Origin: Antedon mediterranea
Lineage: Eukaryota; Animalia; Echinodermata
Length of the DNA: 64,000 nt
Assembly (NCBI RefSeq): GCF_964355755.1
Contig: NC_092680.1
Span: 17,121,045 to 17,185,044, forward strand
Direction of reading: 5' to 3'
The notes under the pieces are model-generated. The model saw only the letters and a list, made by a program, of their open reading frames with translations. It made no database searches and was not told the origin of the DNA. This document shows positions 1 to 12,469 of the stretch, one piece after another; within the stretch, counting starts at the first letter, position 1, and every line of letters starts with the position of its first letter. Both the position numbers and the translations under genes were made by a program.

Positions 1-1754
1 ATGAAGATAGGCCTACAGTATATGAATAATAAACAAATCGGTAGTTACAAAGTATATATTGGTAGGCCTACATGAATAAGACAATCTTTAACAAATACAG
101 TAGGGCTTTTTAACGAAAAATTTTTAATAAAAACAATACATAGTATCTTTATTGATTACATTTTTTTCTTTGAATTAAATTAATCAAATCTTTTTTTTTC
201 ACTTAGAAATGGGGACGCATAATATAAACAACGAAAAAACATAAACAAATCAATAAAAACAGTTCAAAAAAATATATATATCGTACCATTCAACTAACAA
301 TCCATAGGGTATCTGCCAATTTTATTCTTTAATATTTATAATTAAATTATTATATTCGGCGTTTTTATTGGTTGAATTTTTGATTATTTGTAATCGTTTT
401 CAACACGCACACTAAATAGACAAAAAAGCCAGTGTGAAACATTAATTTATTCTTAGACAATACACTTTTTGTAAAAGAAATCATGAGCCGTAAAAACGGT
501 AATAAAAGTGAAGTTGTGACACACACGACCTATTTAATAAGAACTTCCTCCATCATCATATGGTTCTAATGTGAAACAGTCCCCAGAGCCAATATAGTCC
601 GGCTAGGTTGGTTAGTTATCAACATACAATAGATTTAGTGTCATTTATTGATCATGTTATTAAATTAATATTTACAAAGATTATTATAGCGGGTTTCCTC
701 TGGGGCGAATTTGCTCCCAGAGCTGGTTCTGAACCAGACGCAGAGGAATTCATACAACACCGGTCCACTGGTGGTACCTTGCTAAGTGATGTTGAGGAAG
801 TTTGAATTTTGCATTCAAGATAAAGGGCCTATATCACGTATGTGTCATCAAACACGTCACAAATTAATCCTGATTGGTTAAACGTATGCTGCAATAAAAT
901 ACAATTCAACAATATTCATTGATTCTCAAAATAAACACATTTTTCCTTCAGGCACAGACCGTTTTATTTGTTGGGTTGTTTCAGTACGGTAGGCCTACTA
1001 TCGCAATTTTGTAGTGTATTGTATGACCTATATATAGACCATATAACACAATAACCCATAACACTACTCATGATACAGGCATCACACGTGATACAATGAG
1101 ATGCTGTATTACAAAATTGTCCTGTGATACCGAAGGAATATTGTCATATAGAGATGCAGCGCTGAGAATCGGGTAAAATAAGCCAATTTGTAAGACAGTG
1201 GTTATTTGAATGGTGTTCGGATTTCCGTTTTTTGACTTAGTGACATTTAGGCCTATGTTTAAGCCTTATTTGTTTACTGAATGAAGATGCTGTGCCTTGA
1301 TATGTGAACGTTCTAGCATGCAATGGTATTTTGGCATATGTTAATGTATACAGTCTTGCTCTGCCCTGATGAGGTGATACTAATAGCTTGTTATATTTGT
1401 AATATGGACTCCCGTCAAAGATGTCAATCATCCTCAAATCTATCAGTCAATCATAACTAGCAACATTAAGTACATGCCTAAATCGTAATTAAAATTATTG
1501 GAATCGTTAGGTTATTCATTATATTTGGCCACACATATCATGAATATTTTATTATAACACAATTCAGCGCAGGCAGTATCAGTAATATTTGCCTCATCAG
1601 TCTTGTAAATATGTAATTAATATTCATATCATTCGGCAATATCCGGCGGGTGAATAAAATATCATAGATATTTAGATTTAAAAGCAAAATAAATTTTCAC
1701 TATACGCAAATGTATTTTCCACTTTTGTAGACTGCATTTCAGAACATTGTTTAA

Positions 1755-1850
1755 AGCTCTGTCTACACTATCAAGTTTGAAAAAAAAAAGTTTGATGTGC
1801 CCAAATATGGTAGTGATATGCCCAAATATGGTAGTGATATGACATCATCA
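1755..1850. mobile_element. Harbinger-like MITE family A, truncated copy
   Basis: Left TIR AGCTCTGTCTACACTATCAA after TAA, and internal GTGATATGCCCAAATATGGTA subrepeats shared with about 8 other copies in the window. Confidence 0.75.
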
Positions 1851-2554
1851 AAATAAATTTTCACTATACAGACTTAAGCTAAAAAGTAATTCATTTGTGT
1901 TATATGGAAAGGACCAATGAATCAAGAAATACAATTTTTATTCTACAAAACATATGGTTATATACAGAATTTCATCAAAAGTTGTGAAAAAGAGAAATAA
2001 AAATAAGCACAGTTTTTAAGCAATAAAGTAATAAGAAGATTCATCCTATTTCTTAATATAAGAAATACACTTGCAAATTAAAAAGATTGGACACAAGGTT
2101 CTTCAAACTTTTGAATACATATCATTGCTTATTAACTACTGTATCTCCGTTTTTGTAAGATTTTGTCTCAAAATATGTACCCATAATGATGGTAGTAGAC
2201 AAGTTTCTTACTTTCACTCAGTAGCTATTTGGGTAAACTTCAAAATACTTCCCAAATGACACCTATATCTAAACCGACCCAGTTTATACTACTATTGTTT
2301 ACATGTTCACTTTCATTTTGCAGCGTACACGCAACAACATTAATGTCAACGTAAAGTGAGCAACAAGTCCAGTATACGCAAACATACGCACTTGGATGAC
2401 TGGATAATGTCAACTTGAGAAACTGCAACATCGTGCCAATTACGCGTTTGACAGTATAATCAGATATTGATGAGTGAAATGTTATACAATCTATGCAGAT
2501 GTATTTTTCATTTTTGTAGACTTCATTGCATTTTAGAATATTGTTTGAGTTTAA

Positions 2555-2690
2555 AGCTCTGTCTGCACTAGAAAGTTTGGAAAAAAAATGTGTGATATGA
2601 CCAAATATGGTAGTGACATGACATCATCATGTCCATAATGGTCACATCATATTTTGTTGTCACTCAAAGTTGGATAGTGTAGACAGAACT
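2555..2690. mobile_element. Harbinger-like MITE family A, near-complete copy
   Basis: AGCTCTGTCTGCACTA ... TAGTGTAGACAGAACT imperfect TIRs, with the family core. Confidence 0.8.
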
Positions 2691-3442
2691 TATCTAGTCC
2701 TTTGAAGGATCCTTGTTACGTTGGTGGTGTTAAACAAGCAAAAATTAATATTTCTTGATTAGCAATATTTTAGATATTTCATTGCTGCACAAAAATTATA
2801 CTATTTTTGTCTATTTGTGAACTATATGTTTCTTCCTTTCTTGATATGTCCTCAGCTAAACTGATAATATATAATACTAGAGTTAGCACCCATCTTCAAC
2901 CGGGTGGGAGACTTGCTGATTAACACATATTTCAACCGAGAAAACTTGTAAAATTATATGCAAGAATTGCAATTAAAATCTTATTTTTATGTTTTAAGTT
3001 GATTGATATGTAAAGGATTGAGAGAAAGTTTAACATACCTGTAACATACGTCTGGTAGGCTAAATTCTTATTATAATAATCAATGTAAGCTTTCACTAAA
3101 ATCTTCGAAATTTAACAAAAATAAATAAAGAACATTTGATACTATTTATATAAATCAATTATTTTTATCTGACCAGTAAATAAACCAAGAATGTAGACAG
3201 CAAAAATTGGAAAACGTTTGATGTATGTTAATATAAAAGCTATAAAAACTGACCACTTACTTTTTCACTGCTATTATCTTCTGAGTGTTGGATGCTGAAG
3301 GTACTTGCTATGTAGTCCTGATCTATGTCATGGGCCAGGGTAGGTGTTCCCTTTAATAGGGATGTCCCATGAATGCAGGTTGGCTGTAGCGTTAATGCAT
3401 ACTGTTTTGTTTTCATTTATTTCACAATAAAAGTGTTCCTTA

Positions 3443-3580
3443 AGCTCTGTCTACACTATCAAACTTTACGTGACAAAAAAATGTTATATGGCCGTTATGG
3501 ACACGATGACATCATATCACTACCATATTTGGGTACATCACCCTTTTTTGTCAACCTACTATGATAGTGTAGACGGAGCA
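3443..3580. mobile_element. Harbinger-like MITE family A copy, opposite internal orientation
   Basis: AGCTCTGTCTACACTATCA ... TGATAGTGTAGACGGAGC TIRs. Confidence 0.8.
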
Positions 3581-5073
3581 GAACATACCAATATCTAAAA
3601 AATAAAATAAACATATTAAAATCAAATTTAGGCCTAATGAAATCAATACTTTCTTATAAAATATTATTATTACTCATAATTGTATGACACAATATTTGGC
3701 AGTCTTACTAGATATTTGATAATCTTGCGTTTGAAAAACATGATGATGCAGCATTTCTTTTGCTTTCAGTTCGTTCATGTATCATTGTTATCATCATCTT
3801 CTTCAAAACTGAAAGAACATAATCATGTTAAAGTCATATTAATATATTAATCTATGGAAATAGAGTAGGCTGCAGTATTGAAATATTGCTTACACATGTT
3901 TGTGACTATATTATTGAGCTCCTCTGGGAGTCGTCGTTAACTTTATTTTGAAATGTATAGCATTAACACAATGTATTATTTACATATCATATATTTGTCT
4001 TCAATTCAAAACATTTATTTATTGCATTTGTATCAAGTATCTTGATTATGTTTTTTTATATTATTATACTTTATGGTATATCAATAATATTAATAATTAT
4101 TGGAAATAAAGTAAATATGTGTGTGGGCCAATACAAATTTATTAAACAGTAATTGCAAGCAATGTTAAACAATATAAAATGTCACGTACTAGTTTGAATA
4201 TCTTGATCATGCCGCATTTGTATAGTATTATGAAAACAGCCTATGTAAAGGGGATACTCATTACTTTTTATGTGTTTTTATTTCCTTTCATCTATTATTT
4301 AATTATTCCATTTATATTGTTTAATATTTGTGTTTTGATGATGAGTAAATATTTGATTGTTTCAATTCGATGTATTTAAATTATATTTTTTGTCAATCAT
4401 CAAAGATGATGATATGAGTTTTTTAGAAAATATCTTTTGTGTGACCTTTGACATTCCAAACAGCTGTAACTTTCATCATTTTATTGCAAATAGAAATGTA
4501 ACACTTGTAAAACTCGCAAATCAATCTACGCCAAGTCATTTATTGTTACAGCGGATTAGGAAAAGACTCAAAATCATGTTAATGGTGAATTATTTCCTAT
4601 CAGGGAGTACATTTGAGTGACTAGACCGCATCATAACTATCTCTTACCATTGAGTCCCTCCCAATAAATATATTCCATCCATTATTAGCATAAAATAGAA
4701 TATTTCATCACTTCTGTTATTTCAAGGATCATTAAATGCAATGAGTTTATTACATGGTTTCAATTACAGTTTTTTTTAGTTTACTTTCAATAATGTAACA
4801 ATAAATTAAATACAGTTGAACGTCCCTCTGCGGACAAATAACATACTAAATCCTGTGTGTTTTAATTTCTGACCATACAATTTGGGGTGTTTTTTTTTCC
4901 ATGACAAAGTAAAATGCCACAGAATTGTGGAAAGCATTATGTTGCAAGACAAGAAGCATAACTCTAATATAACATATCTTATTTAATTTAACAAGAGGCA
5001 TAACTGATGATGATAACATACAAAACGACAAAAAAAAATAAAAGACTAGAGACAAAGTCTACAAAAAAATGAA

Positions 5074-5200
5074 TACAGTAACCCGCCCTCCTTTGCGACA
5101 CCCCTCTATTCAAGGGACATTCCTATTCAGGGGACACTCCTATTCAGGGGACATTTCTATTCAGGGGATACCCCTATTCAGGGGACACTCCTATTCTGGG
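5074..5200 (+). mobile_element. Tc1/mariner (pogo/Tigger-like) MITE left end with ~17-bp subterminal repeats
   Basis: TA|CAGTAACCCG start followed by about 6 copies of CCTATTCAGGGGACACT; the same motif family recurs near 3345, 6280, 9460, 16780, 17490, 35430 and 55950. Confidence 0.6.
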
Positions 5201-8200
5201 AAAACTTGAAATGTACTACGGGCCATATGTGTTTAAACTACGACCAGCGGGCACTTATATGGCACCTTATTGGGTCCCAAAAGTGTTAATAGTGATTCGA
5301 TAATAACATATCTTATTTACTTTACATACGGTAAGTAAGACTGCAGTGAGTAATAGACAATCACCTACATTTATATTTTAAAAAACATTGCAATGGGATA
5401 TAATCTCACTTAATTTTTCCTACAATGTCATCTATCTTGCTCAAGATACACAAGCTACCGTAGTTACTTGAACCATACTAAACACATTGGATTTAATAAA
5501 TGAGGTTTTCATCTATTAACATAATTCAACTTGATGAATTTAGCTGTTGGATGAACTTGGCAATGACAGACAAGTCATTACCCTCAATGTTGGATTCTAA
5601 GGGTCTGTTTCTGCTGCACAGCGCTGAATTAAACGTTTATATTTAAAATGTAATTGTTATAGCGATTGCATTTCGACCGAATAACTATTTATATCAGTGG
5701 GTGGTCGTCAACAAAAAATGATAAAAATACCAAAAACGCAATGCTTTAAGGGGGTCAAACATTGCCACAAAGATGCGGCAGTAATTGACTAAAGAACGGT
5801 CAACGATGACCAATCAAATAACCGTTATTTTGTGTTGCAGCTAAAAGTTGCACAGGGATAATCAATTAAATGACATTGTAAAAACCCAATCAATTTGGTG
5901 TTTTTAACCATTATTTTCAGGCTACCATTTAACTGCGAAAATTGACAGAAATAGTATCATTTATATTTTATAATATCCATAATCTATTGAACTTTTTTAT
6001 AAATTGTAGAAATAAATCATCCATTACAAATGTACTTTACGCTGACAGGTTAAAAGAAATTTTAAATTATCCTAATTTATTTGCAATAGGCGATCGGTTT
6101 AATTATTAGCTAATTATTGGTTATGATATGAAATTATTACAAGTGCACAATAAATGTCTGTACCATAAATCATTGTTATAGTCATAAATTGAATACGACC
6201 TGAACCAAAACATGTATAAATGTAGGTTAGGCACTATGATCACTGTTTAAAGTTAGTTTATAACAAATTTGTATATAGAACTCCTATTAGGGGACACTTT
6301 CCAACAAAATGTAAACTAAAGCTACTTCCATATCGCACCTAACCAAATCCCTGTGAAAACAATCGCGAGCATTGAGCGTTCTTTTGAGCACAGATTAGGA
6401 TATCCAATGTCAAGCGAGGTCATTTATGCTCACTGTCATTAGAAAAAGAAAAAAATCATACGATTTCAGGAAACAAATGGCTTCTTGATCCATCGCTCCA
6501 AATTCGGAGTACTGTCTATACATATTCAAATCGTAACAATTCATCATGAACAATCCTATGCTTATCACTCAACCCATTTTCCACTACATTTTTTTAGGGC
6601 ATCGGACAGAATCTGACCATGATATGAAAGCAGCTTTAATAGCGTGGTCCCTGAATAGGGGTTGGCTGTAGTGTTAAAACATTTCTCCTTGTAAGTTTCA
6701 CGGGAAATTCCCAGGGTGTCAACATTCATTATTGTCTTATATAGTGCAAAGTTCACAGGTTAATTAGAATAATAAATTGAAGCAAAGTTTTAATCTTCTA
6801 GTTTGAGGTGAGGTGCCTGATGTCATACTTTGTTTGTGACAAACTTGATTATTAGTTTAAAATAACAACAATGAAAAAATGTGATATGCAAATTACTTTT
6901 TTTTTTCTAACTTTACGGCTAAAATGTTAAAAGCTTAAACTAAGTTGGGCATGTTTTATGTATCTAATTGATTTACAATTATATTGAAAGTCCAAATAAT
7001 CTGATGGATTTCTACGCTAATTCTTTAATGTAAAAAGATTGTTTGAAAAGGGAAGTTATTAGATTTTAAATTCATATCATTAATAAAATCTAAAAATGAG
7101 TTTGATACTTATTCCCTAATTGATTGCAGAGTCAGAGTGAGAATGAAAACAAAATCCAAATTAATTATTGTTCATAGATTTTGAATTCAAACTAAAACCA
7201 TTATTTTATCCATATCATGTACTGCACATGTACTGTATTAAACTGAAACAAATTTAATTGGTTGATTTTGTATCACATGTCGTGCATTATTTTCTCCCCA
7301 TTTTAACAATTTAAGGGACTATTGCATACTCAGTTATTGGAGAAGAGTTTTGTTATGTGGTAGGCTGGTGAGTGCATAATCAACATTTTGTTATGTGGTA
7401 TCTGCTGATGTACTTGAAGATGAAAGCGGTGGATAATTTGAGTAGAACAGTACATGGTTTTAAAACAAAAAATAATGGAAATTTTCTATTTGTTGAAAGT
7501 TGAGGGTATTAATTCATTGAAAGCCTGGGACTGTTGTAATTCATCATACATGAAAACATTCAATTCATAAACATATTCTCACAGTGAACTCATAGTTCAA
7601 GAATCATCAAGACATTTTCATCTCATCTGGACACAATTTATGGAATCTACCATTATCTGACAGGGGTGTTTAACATTTGATATAGTCAAGTTGTAGCTCT
7701 CTTCTCTGGGAGAATAGACAAATGTTGGTTTATCCAGGTAAGATAGGCACGAAATACACTTATAGTATTTCTGGTCAGTATCACTGATCCACCGCTGTTT
7801 ATATTCAAATAAATGTATTTTTGGCATTCAATATTCATTTATTCAACTTATCCATTTAACACCATCTCATTAACTTTCATTCATCTTTTTTATAGATCAA
7901 TTATTTTTCTTATTATCTTTTCTTAAGCCATCATATATCTTTACCAACTTTTTTCATTTTCTATTTTGAGAAACTTCTTTCGTATCTTGTTTCATAACCG
8001 TCCTAGTAATCACACCTCATTTTTTTATTTAATTTCATTTTGATAAGTTCTTAATATCTTCGGCAAGTTGCCTGCTACCCGGCCAATCAGTTAGTGCCCT
8101 CGAGACAAGTGATCTGAATGATAGATTGCTCGCAGGAGATTCCAGGTAATTAGAAGATGGGAACGTGGGAATGTAGCAGACAATAAAATGATCCTTACCA

Positions 8201-9458
8201 GGTGAGAACGAAGTGTCAAGGTGTGTTATTCATTGAGTATCAGTAGTAACATTCTACAGTTGACATGCAAAACTCGGTGTTAAAGCCTCTATTTCTGTAT
8301 CAGTGCTATATGCATGCAATGAATTCTGTGTATTTATAGGCACAGAAGAAATACTAAACCACTTGGTGATATACTGAAAATTTATATATATATATATAAA
8401 CACAACAGGCACAGAATATTAATTCTAAACTGCCAAATGATAATTAATTTGAAACTATATGACATGCAGTATGCAAATTCACAATCTTCAAATGGAAAGA
8501 TCTACTTAGATTGTTCTATTTCATCTCTCTGCATAAAATATTTGTACCATTGCACTTCATCTATTCATTATTGGAAGATGGGTCACATGACACATTACTC
8601 CATTGAACACATGTAATTTTGGTATATGACCGTTGAATGTTGTTATATGGCTATGGTATAGGTATGTAGACATGCAATAGTACATGAATATTAGGAGTAA
8701 CATATGCTATCGTCAATGTATAATAGTCTTTTCCTGTAATGTATAGTAAACATACTATAGTAATACCATCATCTTTATTTTAACCAAATTAAATTCATAT
8801 AGGTATATAAAACCATTTATTATCAACCATCTTTACAGAGAATACCCTTTTAGATTCTTAATTAAGGGCTCCTCTTTCTATCTTCCATACCATATAGAAT
8901 ATGTGTGGCTATTAGAACTGTAGCTATAATCTGCAACAACAATATTACATATACTAGATATAGACTCATCTATCAGTTGATAGACTTGAGTTACAATTAG
9001 TTGAAAAAGTCTTGTAATGTCCAAAATGAGGACAGTTTCTTTAAATGTACATAAAAAAGCAATACACCCTAGGGCATTGAACATTAAGAGTTGAATTCAG
9101 GGCACTTAAAATACACTATAGTATTATTTGCTTTATGTATTGAGGATCATTCATCATGGACATGTTGACAGTAATGTCATCTTACGTTTCAGTATTACTT
9201 CATCATCGTCTTACATAATACTCATATGTATGTCACAGTTGACGTCTATTCTTACAAAAGAAGAATAAAACACAAAGAGAATAGTAGTAGTAATAATAAT
9301 AGGTATCATAGTCTTGCTCTAAATCTACTGAAATCAAAGCCACATAAAACTATAAAACCATATTCTGGTGATTAGTTCATATAAAAAACATTACAGAGAA
9401 ACAATACAGTAACATGTTTTTGGGCAAGGCGACAGATAAAAAATAATTTTTTCCTTGA

Positions 9459-9780
9459 CAGTAAAACCTCTCTTAAAGGGGACGCCCACAGGACCCAACA
9501 AAGTCTCCCTTTAATTGAAGTTTTTGCACTGAATAGTGGTAGGTCATAGTGTTAAAAAAAATACTGTATTTCTTCTAGTTCATTTCAAGAGAATGTGTCG
9601 TCTTAATAGGGGTGTCTCCTGAATAGGTGTTCATTGTAGACCTACATTGCCTCTAGTTCATTCAAGGGAAAGTTTCCTGTAATAGGGGTGTACTCTTAAT
9701 AGGGGCGTCCCCTGAATAGGTGTTGGTTGTAGGCCCTACATATTTCCCCTAGTTCATTTCAAGGGAAAGTATCCTGTTAA
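9459..9780. mobile_element. Tc1/mariner-like MITE with tandemly duplicated right end
   Basis: CAGTAAAACCTCTCTTAAAGGGGAC left end; TTAATAGGGGTGTCTCCTGAATAGGTGTT..TGTA right end present twice and CTAGTTCATTTCAAG three times. Confidence 0.6.
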
Positions 9781-11683
9781 GGAAGAGTTGGATTTTTTAA
9801 TTCAATGGCAGAATGAAAAAACAAACAGGCCAAAACTGATGGATCATACAATAATACAAGCTATTTGATTCATCCACAATTTTCATTTAAAAAGTAAATA
9901 TTTATGCTGGTGACTGTCATCTTATATTTTAATTTTAATCCATCAACATCTTACATAATACTTGATTAAAGTATGTCATAGTTGATTCTTACAAAAGAAT
10001 ATCACACAAAGAGAATCAAGACAGTTTACATCTACTAAAATCATCAACAAAAAATGTTTTAAGAAAATGTTTAAACAGCTATTGTACAAACTTTAAAATA
10101 TTATTTCAAATTCAATAACATCAAATATGTCATTAATATGTAAACATTATAGTTGCCGTCAAGTCACTAATTATGATCAAGGCCGTACCAAATTGTACCG
10201 ACTAGTTTATTTTATACTCCCTCGTGCAAAGGTATCCGTCTCAGGGGGCATTCATTAGTAAGGGTTTCCCTCTTACAATGCTGTGTGAATTGGGTATTAA
10301 TCATAATTTTTACACAATTTACATTTATACTCTTCTCCTCCTTTCATTAAGTAATTATAAGTCATATTATATTTAGAGGGGTATGTCCCATATTTTCAAT
10401 ACGTAAAAGTTGCTCTAACTGGAAGCATTATAAGCCTATTGGAGATAACTCATGGTCAAAAAAATTCATCTAATGTGTATCTATATTTGAGAGAGAGAGA
10501 GAGAGAGGGAGTTTGTTCGGTTGTTCATTATACACATTGTTCATGGGGTATCAAAATGACCAGGATTGTATTGAGAGGGTTTATACAACATTTGAGCATA
10601 GGATCACAAATTGAGGTCAAAATCAGCTATGAGTTAATTACTTATAAATATTCATTATTTTTAATAAAATTATGTACAGTATATTTGTGGTGTTGGCAAG
10701 ATTTGAAGGAGTGAATTGTGTCCCGCCATAGATTATATAGGGCATATATAATTCTACACAAACATTCTCAGAGCTGAGAATCAATTCAACTCTGTCTTTT
10801 GGACTGAGTGCTACCACAACGTATGGTCATGTTCCTGAGAGCGTGAGAGAAACTTGAAATGTGCGGGTCTTGCTAGGAATCATCACATATATGTCCTACT
10901 TATTAATGTTATAATATAACTATACTGATAACATTTATTATGGCAATAGTTTTTATTAGGTATTATATGTTTACAAGATGTTTTAATACTGTAGAACAGG
11001 CTAAAATTCATCTATTGATCAAATGTTCATAATAGGAAAATGCCAGTTTTAAAAAACATTCTGATTTATCAAGCCTATTAAGAATTTTACTGTCGAGATT
11101 AAAATGAACAAAAATATTACTAAATTGAGCAATAAAACATGGAATTCCATCGGATTAACATTTTCTTTAAGAAACAATCTCTCAAAATTCATCATTTATG
11201 AACAAAGAAAATGGCAATAAAAAAGACATATGGCACCGGTAATGTTCTTAATTTGAGGTCTCAAGGGAGAAACTGTAAGGATGATTTCATAAGCAAGCAC
11301 CTACTAATAATGCATATCGTATTATGATTGGCTGCGATATAATCGGTAGTAATTATAATTTGTTTACCCCTATTCAAAAACTGCGTTTCACTTTACAGCT
11401 ACGACTTATGGAATGCGTATAAAGCGGCCAATCTAAGTGGGCAAAAATTGCAATTTTTTTTAAATTATAAGCGAACTTTTATACTACAAAATAATGTTCC
11501 AGGCAATTTGTGAAATAAAGTGCTGAACATGATGTTAATGCCATCCTTTGTATTGTAATTTCCAAACTTTAAGAGGCCCACTTTGGATCATGGCGCCTAT
11601 GGTCATAATAAAGCCAATGTCATCATTTGGTATTATGTCTTGGTTAGGGAACCAGGTAAAATGAAATAAAGTAGTAGGAAAAA

Positions 11684-12035
11684 TTTATTCAATTTATTTT
11701 ATTTTATTCAATCGAAACCAACAGCGATAATTACCGCCACTAACAGGTTTGATACAAACAAAGCCAGGACTGTTTAAAGCACCTTGATTGGTCCTAACAT
11801 TGATCAAGGGCTTCTCTCGTCCAGTCCCCACCTTCACCAAAGGAAAGGCAGATACTAGATGCAGGGGCTGCCATAAGAGTCAGCAATGCTGATTTAAAAT
11901 GCCTTACGGAACCCCAGCTCCATATAGCACCCGATATTCCCAGATGGTCTCCCATCCAAGCTCTACCAGGCCCAACGTCGCTTAACTTCGGTGATCTGAC
12001 GAGAACCAGTGTTTCAACGTGGTCAAGCCGTATAT
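11684..12035 (-). mobile_element. 5S rRNA-derived SINE (SINE3-like)
   Basis: Minus strand: ~115-nt 5S-like head, ~210-nt unrelated body, then an (AATAA)n-like tail at 11684-11710. Confidence 0.75.
11920..12035 (-). pseudogene. Diverged 5S rRNA-like sequence (SINE head or pseudogene)
   Basis: Reverse complement reads TACGGCTTGACCACGTTGAAACACTGGTTCTCGTCAGATCACCGAAGTTAAGCGACGTTGGGCCTGGTAGAGCTTGGATGGGAGACCATCTGGGAATATCGGGTGCTAT. This is a recognisable metazoan 5S with box A and box C. It is single copy with no immediate oligo-T terminator. Confidence 0.92.
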
Positions 12036-12469
12036 AAGAATAGGAACTGCACCTTTAAAATGAAACTATAAAACGTCTATAAGACAGATAAGTATAAGAT
12101 TCATGATTTATGGACTTATGATGCAAGGGGGAGGACATGTTAATTACTACCCTCATCTATGTTAATATATATTCAATCGTAATTATTACTGGGGGATATC
12201 GGTAGGGTTAGGGTCAACAAGCAGGTCATATCGAAGGGCAACGAGGAATTTGGGGGACGTTTTCAAAGGAATTGATGATGCGTTTAGGAATTTCATTGAA
12301 TATAAAGTAGATGATTGGTCTTTGAGGAATATTTATTTTAAAAGTACAACTATACAATCTGAATTTTAATTATAGTAGAATACAAATCAAATTGACATTG
12401 ACAGGATTTGTGATTAAAATAAAAATAAGTATCTATTTGATGCACTGTTCAACCGTATCATGTTGAGGA

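Noticed and set aside
1570-1602. Hammerhead candidate on minus (CUGAUGA GGCA...UGCC)
   Set aside because: No GAAA box after stem II
11920-12035. Functional 5S rRNA gene
   Set aside because: It is solitary, has substitutions and indels, lacks an immediate oligo-T terminator, and is followed by a SINE-like body and tail
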